Source: Opitutales bacterium
Lineage (GTDB): Bacteria > Verrucomicrobiota > Verrucomicrobiia > Opitutales > UBA9783
Reading direction: 5' to 3'
Length of the DNA: 32,000 nt
Assembly (NCBI GenBank): GCA_046881885.1
Contig: JBKSMP010000008.1
Coordinates: 1 to 32,000 of the forward strand
How positions within the stretch are numbered: the stretch's first letter is position 1; the number at the start of each line of letters is the position of its first letter. Of this stretch, positions 18,876 to 26,582 are shown one piece after another. The position numbers and the translations under genes are program-made. The notes beneath the pieces are model-generated. The model saw only the letters and a program-made list of their open reading frames with translations, made no database searches and was not told the DNA's origin.

Positions 18876-20523
18876 TCAACAAATTTGCAGTTACAAAAAT
18901 CAACAAATTACGTTTTTGCGATGTTTGACCTTTTGATGTAAATAATTTTCCTAAAAGTGGAATGCTACCAAAAACTGGTACTTTATCTTTTGTTTCCTTA
19001 ACTTCTTCGCGCGTTAACCCTCCCATAACCAATGTGGCACCGTTGGCTAAAGAAACTTCGGTTTTAATACGTCGAGTTGAAAAAACAGGCTGATAATAAC
19101 CAGAATCGTAGGATTGAACATTTGTCCCATAGGTTATAATATTACTACCTCCATAGGGCACAAATCCTTCTAATTCGGTAACACAAGGTTCGAGCGACAA
19201 GTGAATGCGATCATTGCTTTCAACTAAAGGTACAACACTCATTTCAACACCGACATTACGTGTAACAAAATTTTCAGGGACCCCTGCAATAATAGCTGTT
19301 CCAGCTGATGATGCATCCGAATGTTTACTTCCGACTTCAGCGCGACCATCACGAAAACTTTCTGGATAACGCAACTCTTGTGCAACAACAATTTCTGCTT
19401 TTCTACCCGACAAAACGGTTACTTTAGGCGTACTCATGAGGTCCGAATCAGAACGTTGCTCAATTGCACGCAAAATAAATTGCATCTGGTAACGATTAAG
19501 GATGGTATTAGTATTTAAAAAATCTCCAACGCTATTACCGAAATCAAGCGCATTAGGAAATTTAGGAATAGCTGATGTGGTGTTTTCAAGAGTTTCTTTA
19601 CTGGCCCATTTGATACTGTCAAGTTGAGACAAAGGACGCAAAGTTGTTGTGGTATCAACTTTAACATTATTATTGTTTTTACCTGAATTCCAACGCAAAC
19701 CCAACTCCTCCAAAACTCCTTGTTGGATATCTAAAAATTTAGTTTCAATAGCAACCTGAGGCAAAGGTTTATATTGTTGAAGCAAGGTTTGAATACGGCA
19801 TAAAACATCTGGATAATGCGTTACAACAATCCGACAACCATCATAAGCAAAGCCAACACCTTCTTCGGTCCAAGAAACACCAATTTTACCAAAAAACTCC
19901 TTAAGTAAGGCTTCATCTGAGAGCAATTTTTCTTTCTCTATAAAAGGCGATTGAGCATAGTTCAAAATCTGTAGAACGCTTCCACGAGATACCGGAAAAA
20001 CTTGTGTACGTAAATCTAATGTACGCTTTATACCATCTCGAAACACGACCACATTGCCCTCAATCTGAAAGGAAAAGTGTGTCATTTCACAAATATAACG
20101 CAAGATTTTCTCCAACGATAACGACTGTACATTGAGATCCACGCAAGGATCTTTATGTTCAGGATCGATAAGCACAAAACTAACCCCCTTGCCTTCTAAA
20201 TCGTAAACACCAGAAAACTCTGTTAAAAACGTTAATGCTTTTGACAATGGCAATTGACTTAAATTGACTTTGGGAATAACGATACGTGTCAATTGCTCAC
20301 TCAGAGACTGTTTTTCACAAAGATTTTTGTTAACGTCATTAAGTTCACTAGGGCTCGTCATTTCTGCAGGTTTAGACACCAGCCAAGTCTCTTGAATATC
20401 TTTCAAAAGTGCTTCATGAACTTCCTTGCGCTCATCTGCGCTTAACAAATTCAAAAATAAGAATGAAATAGTAAATAGCGTTAAACACGCTCTGTTAGCT
20501 TTATTATTACCTAAATTATTCAC
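18820..20523 (-). CDS. Secretin (type II/III secretion system / PilQ-GspD superfamily outer-membrane channel)
   Basis: 567 aa with an apparent GTG start preceded by AGGTG. Signal peptide: ..LFTISFLFLNLLSA-DE. The N0/STN-like segment is IVIPKVNLSQLPLSKALTFLTEFSG. The canonical secretin C-domain includes STPKVTVLSGRKAEIVV, GVEMSVVPLV, TRRIKTEVSLANGATLVMGGL, VPVFGSIPLLGKLF and LLIFVTANLL. Confidence 0.9.
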   Translation of the reverse strand: MNNLGNNKANRACLTLFTISFLFLNLLSADERKEVHEALLKDIQETWLVSKPAEMTSPSELNDVNKNLCEKQSLSEQLTRIVIPKVNLSQLPLSKALTFLTEFSGVYDLEGKGVSFVLIDPEHKDPCVDLNVQSLSLEKILRYICEMTHFSFQIEGNVVVFRDGIKRTLDLRTQVFPVSRGSVLQILNYAQSPFIEKEKLLSDEALLKEFFGKIGVSWTEEGVGFAYDGCRIVVTHYPDVLCRIQTLLQQYKPLPQVAIETKFLDIQQGVLEELGLRWNSGKNNNNVKVDTTTTLRPLSQLDSIKWASKETLENTTSAIPKFPNALDFGNSVGDFLNTNTILNRYQMQFILRAIEQRSDSDLMSTPKVTVLSGRKAEIVVAQELRYPESFRDGRAEVGSKHSDASSAGTAIIAGVPENFVTRNVGVEMSVVPLVESNDRIHLSLEPCVTELEGFVPYGGSNIITYGTNVQSYDSGYYQPVFSTRRIKTEVSLANGATLVMGGLTREEVKETKDKVPVFGSIPLLGKLFTSKGQTSQKRNLLIFVTANLLNEDGKTFASPELPTQQTF

Positions 20524-20656
20524 GTGACACCTGACATTTTTATGCCCTACTGTTAATATGCTTATAAATAAGATTTCTTTTCTACAAGCGAAAAATAAGA
20601 ATTTTTTGAAAAGAGCTTGCCAAAAGGGTCGTAAGTCATTGTAAAATAGTGGAATT

Positions 20657-20902
20657 ATGCCAACTTACGATTACAGTTGTAGTTCTTGCGGAAAAACATT
20701 AGAAATATTTCATTCCATAAAAGAACCTGCAAAAACAATCTGTCCTTATTGCCAGAAACCAACATTACAAAGAAAAATAGGAGAAGGTGCAGGACTTATT
20801 TTTAAAGGACGTGGATTTTATGAAACGGACTATAAGCATTCTTCAAGATGCGATCAATGCTCTAAGAAGGGGGATGCAGCAGCATGCCCTCACAAAGCTT
20901 AA
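20657..20902 (+). CDS. FmdB-family zinc-ribbon protein
   Basis: 81 aa. MPTYDYSCSSCGKTLEIFHSIKEPAKTICPYCQ carries CxxC..CxxC, followed by KGRGFYETDY, which is typical of the FmdB/CxxC_CxxC_SSSS family. The C-terminal tail has a further C-x2-C-x8-C-x-H. Confidence 0.8.
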   Translation: MPTYDYSCSSCGKTLEIFHSIKEPAKTICPYCQKPTLQRKIGEGAGLIFKGRGFYETDYKHSSRCDQCSKKGDAAACPHKA

Positions 20903-22001
20903 GGGAAAATCTCAAGAAGACGTCCTTCGTTTTATTCATAAGCAAGGATGGCAGTATAGTGAAATTGCTCCTAAGGTCGGCGTTTTAGGTATTGATAAGC
21001 CTTTACCGCAAAACTCCATTGAAAAGCTTGAGCAAGCCTTAGGTTGTCAGTTGCACGTTTATGTAAGTTCTAAAAATGTGCTTTTAGATGCAGACACAGA
21101 TATCTTTTACAAAAATAAACGTTTACATTCCGTTCTAGAAAAAGCTTATCAATTACGTGCTTCAGACATTTATTTAACGGTTTATCCCGAAAAAGCCGTT
21201 TTAAAGTTTAAAAGCAAACGAGATTGGGTTCAACACGAAACGCTTACCTTTAATGTTGGAGAACATTTATTAAAAAGCTTTCTTGTTTTAGCACGCTTAA
21301 ATTTTGATATAACGCGTCGGCCTCAAGAAGGTCATTTTCGTTATGAGTACGAGAATAAAATTTTATTTTGTCGTTTGTCTTATCTTGCGAGTTCGGTTAC
21401 ACAAAGTTTAGTTTTGCGCTTATTAAGTGAAGATTTATTTCCTTTTTCAATAAAAACCTTAGGCTTACCCAACGATTTACTCCATTTTATTGATCATAAA
21501 TTAGAATTTAATGGCATGATTCTTATTTCTGGAGCTACAGGAAGCGGCAAAACAACAACCTTATACGCTTTAGGTAAATTGCTTTGTCAAAAAGGATTAA
21601 AAGTGATTTCCTTGGAAGATCCTATTGAGGCCGAGATAGATGACTGGACGCAAACAGAAGTAGACACAAAAGCTGGATATACATTTGAAACTAGTTTAAA
21701 AGCAGTTTTGCGACAAGACCCTAATGTTATTCTTATTGGAGAAATTCGAGATAACGAAACCGCAAAAGCAGCTTTTTACGCTTGTTTATCTGGATATTTG
21801 GTTGTGGCTACCTTACACGCTCAACATATCGAACGCGTCGCAATGCGTTGCCACGAACTGGGAATCGATTTCAATCTTTTTAAGGATAATATTCAACTAC
21901 AAATCCATCAATCTTGGGATATGAATTTTAAAAAAGATTCGCCAAAATTTCAGTGGATTTCTAGACCTAAAACAGAAATAACAAAAACAGAAAATCCTTA
22001 A
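20874..22001 (+). CDS. Short PilB/GspE-family secretion ATPase (ATPase 2), paralogue of ATPase 1
   Basis: The track ORF begins at 20787 (404 aa). The ATG at 20874 gives 375 aa and places ASDIYL at the same distance from the N-terminus as CSDIHF in ATPase 1, so I prefer it; it overlaps the zinc-ribbon gene by 29 nt. Motifs: RRPQEGHF, Walker A GATGSGKTTT, Asp box SLEDPIEA, Walker B ILIGEIRD, His box SGYLVVATLHAQ with the first His replaced by Tyr. It ends about 60 aa after the His box. Confidence 0.85.
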   Translation: MQQHALTKLKGKSQEDVLRFIHKQGWQYSEIAPKVGVLGIDKPLPQNSIEKLEQALGCQLHVYVSSKNVLLDADTDIFYKNKRLHSVLEKAYQLRASDIYLTVYPEKAVLKFKSKRDWVQHETLTFNVGEHLLKSFLVLARLNFDITRRPQEGHFRYEYENKILFCRLSYLASSVTQSLVLRLLSEDLFPFSIKTLGLPNDLLHFIDHKLEFNGMILISGATGSGKTTTLYALGKLLCQKGLKVISLEDPIEAEIDDWTQTEVDTKAGYTFETSLKAVLRQDPNVILIGEIRDNETAKAAFYACLSGYLVVATLHAQHIERVAMRCHELGIDFNLFKDNIQLQIHQSWDMNFKKDSPKFQWISRPKTEITKTENP

Positions 22002-22044
22002 AAAAAGATTGCCTTTCCATTTTTATAAATCTATAAGTAAAGGC

Positions 22045-23247
22045 ATGTGGAAGGTTATTGGTGCATTACTTGTATTTTCTTTATCGGTTAATTATGGTTT
22101 TACGAATGATGTAAAAGAAAAAACAATTTCTGAAAAGTCGCCTCAAGTCGTTTCGGCAAATGAAAATCAGGAAGCCGTACCTGTAAGTATTGAAACAAAA
22201 GATTTAAAAACAGAAGTTAAGAACATAAGTTTAGAAAAAATAGAAGACAATAAAACTTATGAAGATAGCAAAGGATCTTTTAGAGAACGTGTCTTTAAGA
22301 AAACTCCATCTTTAGCAAGTTCCGTAATTATCAAAGTTTATAACCAAGGGAAGTTCATGGGAATTGTTTTAATTGAACGGGGACGTCCTCCTTTGGGGAA
22401 AGCCCTCCCTGGCGGCATTATTCGGTACGAAGAAACCTGTGAAGACTGTGTTGCGAGAACAGCTCGTGATGAATGTGGCTTAAACATTCAAAATATGAAA
22501 CAATTTCATGTTTATTCAAGTTCTGATCGAGATCCTCGAACCCACATGATCGATATTGTCTTTACTGCCCAATGTACCGAATTCATTCCTTCTGCTGGAA
22601 CAGATGCCAAACATGCTTTTGTTTGTCCTATTAATGAAATCCCATGGGATCGTTTGGCCTTCGACCATGCTCAAATTTTAAAAGACTTTTTAGAGTTTGA
22701 ATTAAGTAAAGACAATAAAGATTTGAAACAAGATCTGAGTTTTCCGACCATCGTAGATAAAAAAGAACGCGAAGAAAAAGATCTTAAAGAAATCTCTAAA
22801 AATGCCTATAGGCCTCCATTATTAGCAACGACTGTCATCATTGAAGTCTATGAAAAAGATATGTTTAAGGGTATTGTTATGATTGAACGCGGCTTAGAAC
22901 CTTACGGCAAAGCACTGCCAGGTGGACCTGTTCAGTATGGCGAAACAGTTCAATATACCGCTAAACGCGAAATGAAAGAAGAATGTAATTTGGATCTAAC
23001 TGATGTAAAGCAATTCCGAGTTTATGATTCTCTTAATCGAGATCCTCGCAGACGTTGTATTGATGCGGTTCATATTTCACGTTGTGATAATGTAATCCCA
23101 CAAGCCGGTTCAGATGCCGCAAAACTTTGGGTCTGCCCTCTCGATAAAATTCCTTGGGATGAGCTTGCTTTCGATCACGCAGAAATCTTAAGAGATTATC
23201 TTGTTTGGCGTGAAGGTGCATTTTATCAGCAGTTACATAATCCGTAA
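22045..23247 (+). CDS. Putatively exported protein with two tandem Nudix-fold domains
   Basis: The track ORF starts at TTG 22009. I prefer the ATG at 22045 (MWKVIGALLVFSLSVNYGF.., a hydrophobic signal or anchor). A Lys/Glu-rich spacer precedes two homologous domains. The domain 2 Nudix box is close to consensus: GPVQYGE-TVQYTAK-REMKEECNL. The domain 1 box is degenerate: GIIRYEE-TCEDCVA-RTARDECGL. Confidence 0.8.
   Translation: MWKVIGALLVFSLSVNYGFTNDVKEKTISEKSPQVVSANENQEAVPVSIETKDLKTEVKNISLEKIEDNKTYEDSKGSFRERVFKKTPSLASSVIIKVYNQGKFMGIVLIERGRPPLGKALPGGIIRYEETCEDCVARTARDECGLNIQNMKQFHVYSSSDRDPRTHMIDIVFTAQCTEFIPSAGTDAKHAFVCPINEIPWDRLAFDHAQILKDFLEFELSKDNKDLKQDLSFPTIVDKKEREEKDLKEISKNAYRPPLLATTVIIEVYEKDMFKGIVMIERGLEPYGKALPGGPVQYGETVQYTAKREMKEECNLDLTDVKQFRVYDSLNRDPRRRCIDAVHISRCDNVIPQAGSDAAKLWVCPLDKIPWDELAFDHAEILRDYLVWREGAFYQQLHNP
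22309..23208 (+). repeat. Intragenic tandem duplication: two Nudix domains offset by exactly 170 codons (510 nt)
   Basis: I hand-aligned aa 101-230 with aa 271-400 of the track ORF without gaps. I counted 67 identical positions out of 130, for example VIIKVYNQGKFMGIVLIERG..GKALPGG versus VIIEVYEKDMFKGIVMIERG..GKALPGG, and IPWDRLAFDHAQIL versus IPWDELAFDHAEIL. Confidence 0.8.
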
Positions 23248-23259
23248 AAAATTTTACCT

Positions 23260-23280
23260 ATTCTAATTATTTAGAATTTT
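23260..23280 (+). terminator. Possible weak terminator after the Nudix gene
   Basis: ATTCTAA-ttat-TTAGAAT (7-bp all-A/T-rich stem) followed by TTTT, 13 nt after the stop codon. This is weak, and chance occurrence is plausible in AT-rich DNA. Confidence 0.3.
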
Positions 23281-23398
23281 TAGAAAAACTGCTTGTAGAA
23301 TTTAGCTAGTAGTTGGTTTGCAAAAGCTTTGAGATAGTCCAAAGATACGGCATCTTATTATTGCCTTTTTTAGGCTTTGTAAAATGTTTAGTATTGTT

Positions 23399-24367
23399 TT
23401 ACATTTCTTGTAATTCAAAGTACTTTTTCAAAACCAATAAGGCTATTAAATCTTCTTTATTGAGGTCTCTAAATTCAGCTACAAACTTGTGGGCATTTTC
23501 TATGATTTTTAAGGCTTCTTCTGTGTGTTCACTATAATAGTTTAACTTCTCTTCTAAATCCGAATAATCGTCTTTTATTTCGATATAGTGATAATTACCT
23601 TTTAATTTGCCTTCCATAAACCAAGTTTCATATTTAGGTTTTGGCATAACGGCAATAGAGTTAGAAGACATTACCCATTTTAAATTGGAAGCTACGTCAT
23701 TACCTTCTAAACACAGGATAAATTTATACTTTAAATGTCGACTTATGGGTAATAAATCCGCGTGCCATTCAGGATGAATATCTTTACGGCCGACATGTCC
23801 TAAGTTACACAAAGGATGATGGAAGTATTTCTCATAAAATTGCTCTCTGTGTTTCTGATAGATTCCACCACGCCCTATTAATAAATTTTGCTTGTCTTCA
23901 AATTTATTGGTATCGTTGACGAAAATAAAATGTCGAACCTTGTCTAAATTTAAAAGAATGGAGTTTTGATTGTTTTCTGTAATAGGTCTGCTTTTTACAA
24001 TTTGTGGAAATTCAGGTATATGTGTTACATCGCCAAATGTAAAAGCAAGCTTATTTTCGGGATTAAAATATCGAGTGTATTGATACGTATCCCAAAAGTA
24101 CGTATGAGGTCTATAATTATTACCCAATGTAAAATCTTTAATTTTTATAAACGTATCGTTAGTGCAATAAGATTTTTCCAGTTTGTTGTAATAATTTAAT
24201 CTAGCGTTGATAGCTGACTCATCGTAGTTCCTTAAAAGCGATAACTTATTTTCCAGCTTTTTTCGGCAAAAACAATTTGGAATGCAATACCTGCCTAAAT
24301 TCCTCAAATTATACAGTAGTTTACTGTTTTTATCTTTTCTAGATTCTAAATATAAAATAGGATTCAT
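23399..24367 (-). CDS. Glycosyltransferase family 90 (CAP10 / LpsA-like, lipopolysaccharide-modifying) protein
   Basis: 322 aa. The C-terminal region YKFILCLEGNDVASNLKWVMSSNSIAVMPKPKYETWFMEGKLKGNYHYIEIKDDYSDLEEKL matches my recollection of the Glyco_transf_90/CAP10 signature (YKY..dG...S.rl..ll.s.Svv......ff...L.P..HYv.v..d..dL). Confidence 0.75.
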   Translation of the reverse strand: MNPILYLESRKDKNSKLLYNLRNLGRYCIPNCFCRKKLENKLSLLRNYDESAINARLNYYNKLEKSYCTNDTFIKIKDFTLGNNYRPHTYFWDTYQYTRYFNPENKLAFTFGDVTHIPEFPQIVKSRPITENNQNSILLNLDKVRHFIFVNDTNKFEDKQNLLIGRGGIYQKHREQFYEKYFHHPLCNLGHVGRKDIHPEWHADLLPISRHLKYKFILCLEGNDVASNLKWVMSSNSIAVMPKPKYETWFMEGKLKGNYHYIEIKDDYSDLEEKLNYYSEHTEEALKIIENAHKFVAEFRDLNKEDLIALLVLKKYFELQEM

Positions 24368-24397
24368 ACGAATATTGCAGCCCTTCTAATAAGAAGC

Positions 24398-25816
24398 TTA
24401 GAAACTTCTCAAATACTTATCTACTTTATCGGTTGTAATAATTCCATAGTTGATGGTACCAAGCCAGCCTGACATGATAATACCGACTGAACCTGAATGA
24501 TAGAGTCCGGAAACATGATCTGGAAGCTCCATGGAAACTTTCAATCCTTCGAATTTGGTTCCAAAAGAGGCACCTTCAAGGTGTTGCGTATAACGATTAA
24601 AAGTCTTTGGGGTTGCGACTTCAATCCAACCTAATTTTTCTTCAATATTTGGAATAAAGTGATTTAAAGATTGCAGTGTTTGTGTTTTTAGAGCTTCTTT
24701 TGCGTTATTATAGGCTTCTTCAGACAGATTTTCCCAATCTTTCCACAAAGCATTTGTGGATGCAACGATCGTATAACGAGGTGTTTTACTTTCAGGGCGA
24801 ATACTTGGATAATAAATCGAGAATGTACGGCTGCGGGTTCCGAACGCTTTTAATTCTGCGCTCGAGAAATTAGGTTCGTCAGATGTAAAGATAAGATCAC
24901 CAATTTCAGGGAAAGATTCGCCTTCTTTTAAGCCCATATAGACTTGGCAAGAACTATTATTGAGGCGTACAGCTTCTGTTTGTTTTCTAAAACTACTGTC
25001 GATAGCATCTTCAGGCAACCATTTCAAGATTGTGTTTTTTAAGTTTGCGTTGGAAACAATGGCTTTACATTCGATGGTAACACCATTGACTTGTAGCCCG
25101 CAAACGCTTGCTTTGCCTTCTTTTTCTTGTGTAAAGATTTTCTCAACTTGGGAGCGTTTGGCTATCGTAACGCCGTTTTTAATCAATTCGGCAGTCATCG
25201 CTTCAATGAGCTTATCGGTTCCGCCCTTAAACGTATAAACGCCCTTGCTCATGAAATTCGAGAAAACAATTCCATAAGTAATAGCTGGATCATCTAACGT
25301 AGATCCGTTTGCATAGGTGATAGGCTCCATCAATAAGCGGTGAACATCCGGACGATTGGGGAAGAATTCTTCAAATAATTCGCCGGTTGTGCGATGATCA
25401 TCATCGTAGAAATTCATACCACGTAGATGATTAAAGAAGTTTTCAACGACCTCAGGAGAAAGCTTAAAATGATGGATTAATTTGTCCGTAAAATCTTTGC
25501 GATCAAAGGTTGTGTCGAAGTTAAATTGTGGATTAACAAAGCGGATATGGGGCAATTGTACGATGGAATTAGCGATGTCGGCATTCCAATAACGTCTACA
25601 GGATTTGATCATGCCGATTGGAAATCCATGCAACGATACGTCAAATGTGAAGCCTCCGGGACGCTTAAAGTAAGCGGCAAGACCACCTAATTGGAAGTGT
25701 TGTTCGAGAAGCAAAACTGAATGTCCCATTTTTGCTAATCCGTTTGCAGCTGTTAATCCCGATAATCCGCTGCCGATTACACAAACATCATATGATTTTT
25801 TGAATTGCCAAGCCAT
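24398..25816 (-). CDS. FAD/NAD(P)-dependent oxidoreductase, phytoene-desaturase (CrtI)/amine-oxidase-like family
   Basis: 472 aa. The N-terminal dinucleotide-binding motif is [37 protein letters not shown]. Length and the C-terminal hydrophobic end fit the family. It lies 30 nt upstream of the GT90 gene on the same strand. Substrate unknown. Confidence 0.8.
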   Translation of the reverse strand: MAWQFKKSYDVCVIGSGLSGLTAANGLAKMGHSVLLLEQHFQLGGLAAYFKRPGGFTFDVSLHGFPIGMIKSCRRYWNADIANSIVQLPHIRFVNPQFNFDTTFDRKDFTDKLIHHFKLSPEVVENFFNHLRGMNFYDDDHRTTGELFEEFFPNRPDVHRLLMEPITYANGSTLDDPAITYGIVFSNFMSKGVYTFKGGTDKLIEAMTAELIKNGVTIAKRSQVEKIFTQEKEGKASVCGLQVNGVTIECKAIVSNANLKNTILKWLPEDAIDSSFRKQTEAVRLNNSSCQVYMGLKEGESFPEIGDLIFTSDEPNFSSAELKAFGTRSRTFSIYYPSIRPESKTPRYTIVASTNALWKDWENLSEEAYNNAKEALKTQTLQSLNHFIPNIEEKLGWIEVATPKTFNRYTQHLEGASFGTKFEGLKVSMELPDHVSGLYHSGSVGIIMSGWLGTINYGIITTDKVDKYLRSF

Positions 25817-25901
25817 GTTTATAAAATTTCCTTAAATGTTATCATCTAATTCTATTTTTTTAAAAAGAGCAAAACTTTTTTTCGTTATTCTGTAATAAGT
25901 A

Positions 25902-25918
25902 CATGAAAATTTTTCATG
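25902..25918. promoter_or_regulatory. Perfect 8+1+8 palindrome, candidate operator upstream of the flavoprotein/GT90 operon
   Basis: CATGAAAA-T-TTTTCATG lies 86-102 nt upstream of the ATG at 25816. No binding protein is known, and this could be chance in AT-rich DNA. Confidence 0.3.
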
Positions 25919-25970
25919 AGATTGAACTTTTTGCAAACAGTCAAGAATGAGAAGTTTATTCAATGAAAAT

Positions 25971-25994
25971 GCCGGCAGAGAAGTTCCTGCCGGC
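25971..25994 (-). terminator. Intrinsic terminator after the small secreted-protein gene
   Basis: An 8-bp GC-rich stem, GCCGGCAG (25971..25978) and CTGCCGGC (25987..25994), has an 8-nt loop. On the minus strand it is followed by ATTTTCATT. It lies 28 nt downstream of the stop at 26022 and is conspicuously GC-rich for this region. Confidence 0.5.
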
Positions 25995-26021
25995 CAATAA
26001 TAAATAATAGAAAGGGTAGTT

Positions 26022-26315
26022 TTAATATTGTTCCCAAGGATCATCCTCTGCGAAAGCTTGCATGTTTTCTGCAAAGTAATCTTTAGGTTGTATGGCTTTT
26101 GCCTTATCATTGGATGTTTTTTCTTTCTTGGCTTGCAAGAAATCGGAAAATGCATTTTCAATAGCAAACATTTGTTTTTGGGTTGTTTGGGCGGGCAAGC
26201 TTTCCAGTTTTTTTGTTTTTGTTTGCTTTTTTGCCCCCATGGCTATGGTGGTAAAACAACATAATGCGATCAAAGAATGTTTCGATAATGTTTTTATAAA
26301 AGTTACAAGTTTCAT
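26022..26315 (-). CDS. Small secreted hypothetical protein
   Basis: The track ORF is 104 aa from 26336. The internal ATG at 26315 gives MKLVTFIKTLSKHSLIALCCFTTIAMGA.., a plausible signal peptide. The mature part is Lys/Gln-rich and ends with an acidic tail, DDPWEQY. The downstream hairpin terminator supports expression. No family recognised. Confidence 0.5.
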   Translation of the reverse strand: MKLVTFIKTLSKHSLIALCCFTTIAMGAKKQTKTKKLESLPAQTTQKQMFAIENAFSDFLQAKKEKTSNDKAKAIQPKDYFAENMQAFAEDDPWEQY

Positions 26316-26582
26316 ATCCTTTAAAAAAGAAAGCAAAAATCGTGCCTAAATATTGTCGATAAAGTTTAAGGTGGGAAATTTTCTCAACTTATCAAATCCA
26401 TTGTTATGCAAGTAATTGTCCATAATATTATTGTAAAGTAAGGATTGCTTTTTGCAAGTGGAAAATGCTTGTTGGGGTTTTGCAAAATTTTTATTAGTTG
26501 CATTTCAAGCTTAGGTTTTCAAATTTGTAGTATTTTTTTTCTTGCCAAATTTGTAAAAAGAACACAAATAAATATTAATACA

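Noticed and set aside
20617-20647. Sigma-70-like promoter for the zinc-ribbon/ATPase 2 operon (TTGCCA ... TAAAAT)
   Set aside because: The spacer is 19 nt, and the implied start site would leave almost no 5' UTR before the ATG at 20657. This is too uncertain to call.
20787-20873. Longer version of ATPase 2 (404 aa) starting at 20787 or 20820
   Set aside because: It would overlap the zinc-ribbon gene by 83-116 nt. Starting at 20874 aligns the ASDIYL/CSDIHF landmark and total length with paralogue ATPase 1. It is not excluded, only less likely.
23313-23537. 74-aa plus-strand ORF between the Nudix and GT90 genes
   Set aside because: Two-thirds of it is antisense to the GT90 3' end. The remainder is the convergent intergenic spacer. 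It has no recognisable features.
25832-26167. 111-aa minus-strand ORF
   Set aside because: It overlaps, out of frame, the better candidate with a signal peptide (26022..26315). It contains the GC-rich terminator hairpin and the palindrome region. Its sequence is low-complexity.
26028-26349. Plus-strand ORFs 26028..26264 and 26092..26349
   Set aside because: They are antisense shadows of the small secreted-protein gene. They are Phe/Cys/Leu-rich, as expected from the reverse translation of a Lys/Gln-rich gene.
26445-26582. 46-aa N-terminal extension of the dehydrogenase ORF in the supplied track (MLFASGKCLLGFCKIFISC..)
   Set aside because: The Rossmann GxGxxG motif begins right after the internal ATG at 26583, as in all family members. 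The extension is Cys/Phe/Ile-rich, as expected from translating AT-rich non-coding DNA, and it would consume the promoter region.
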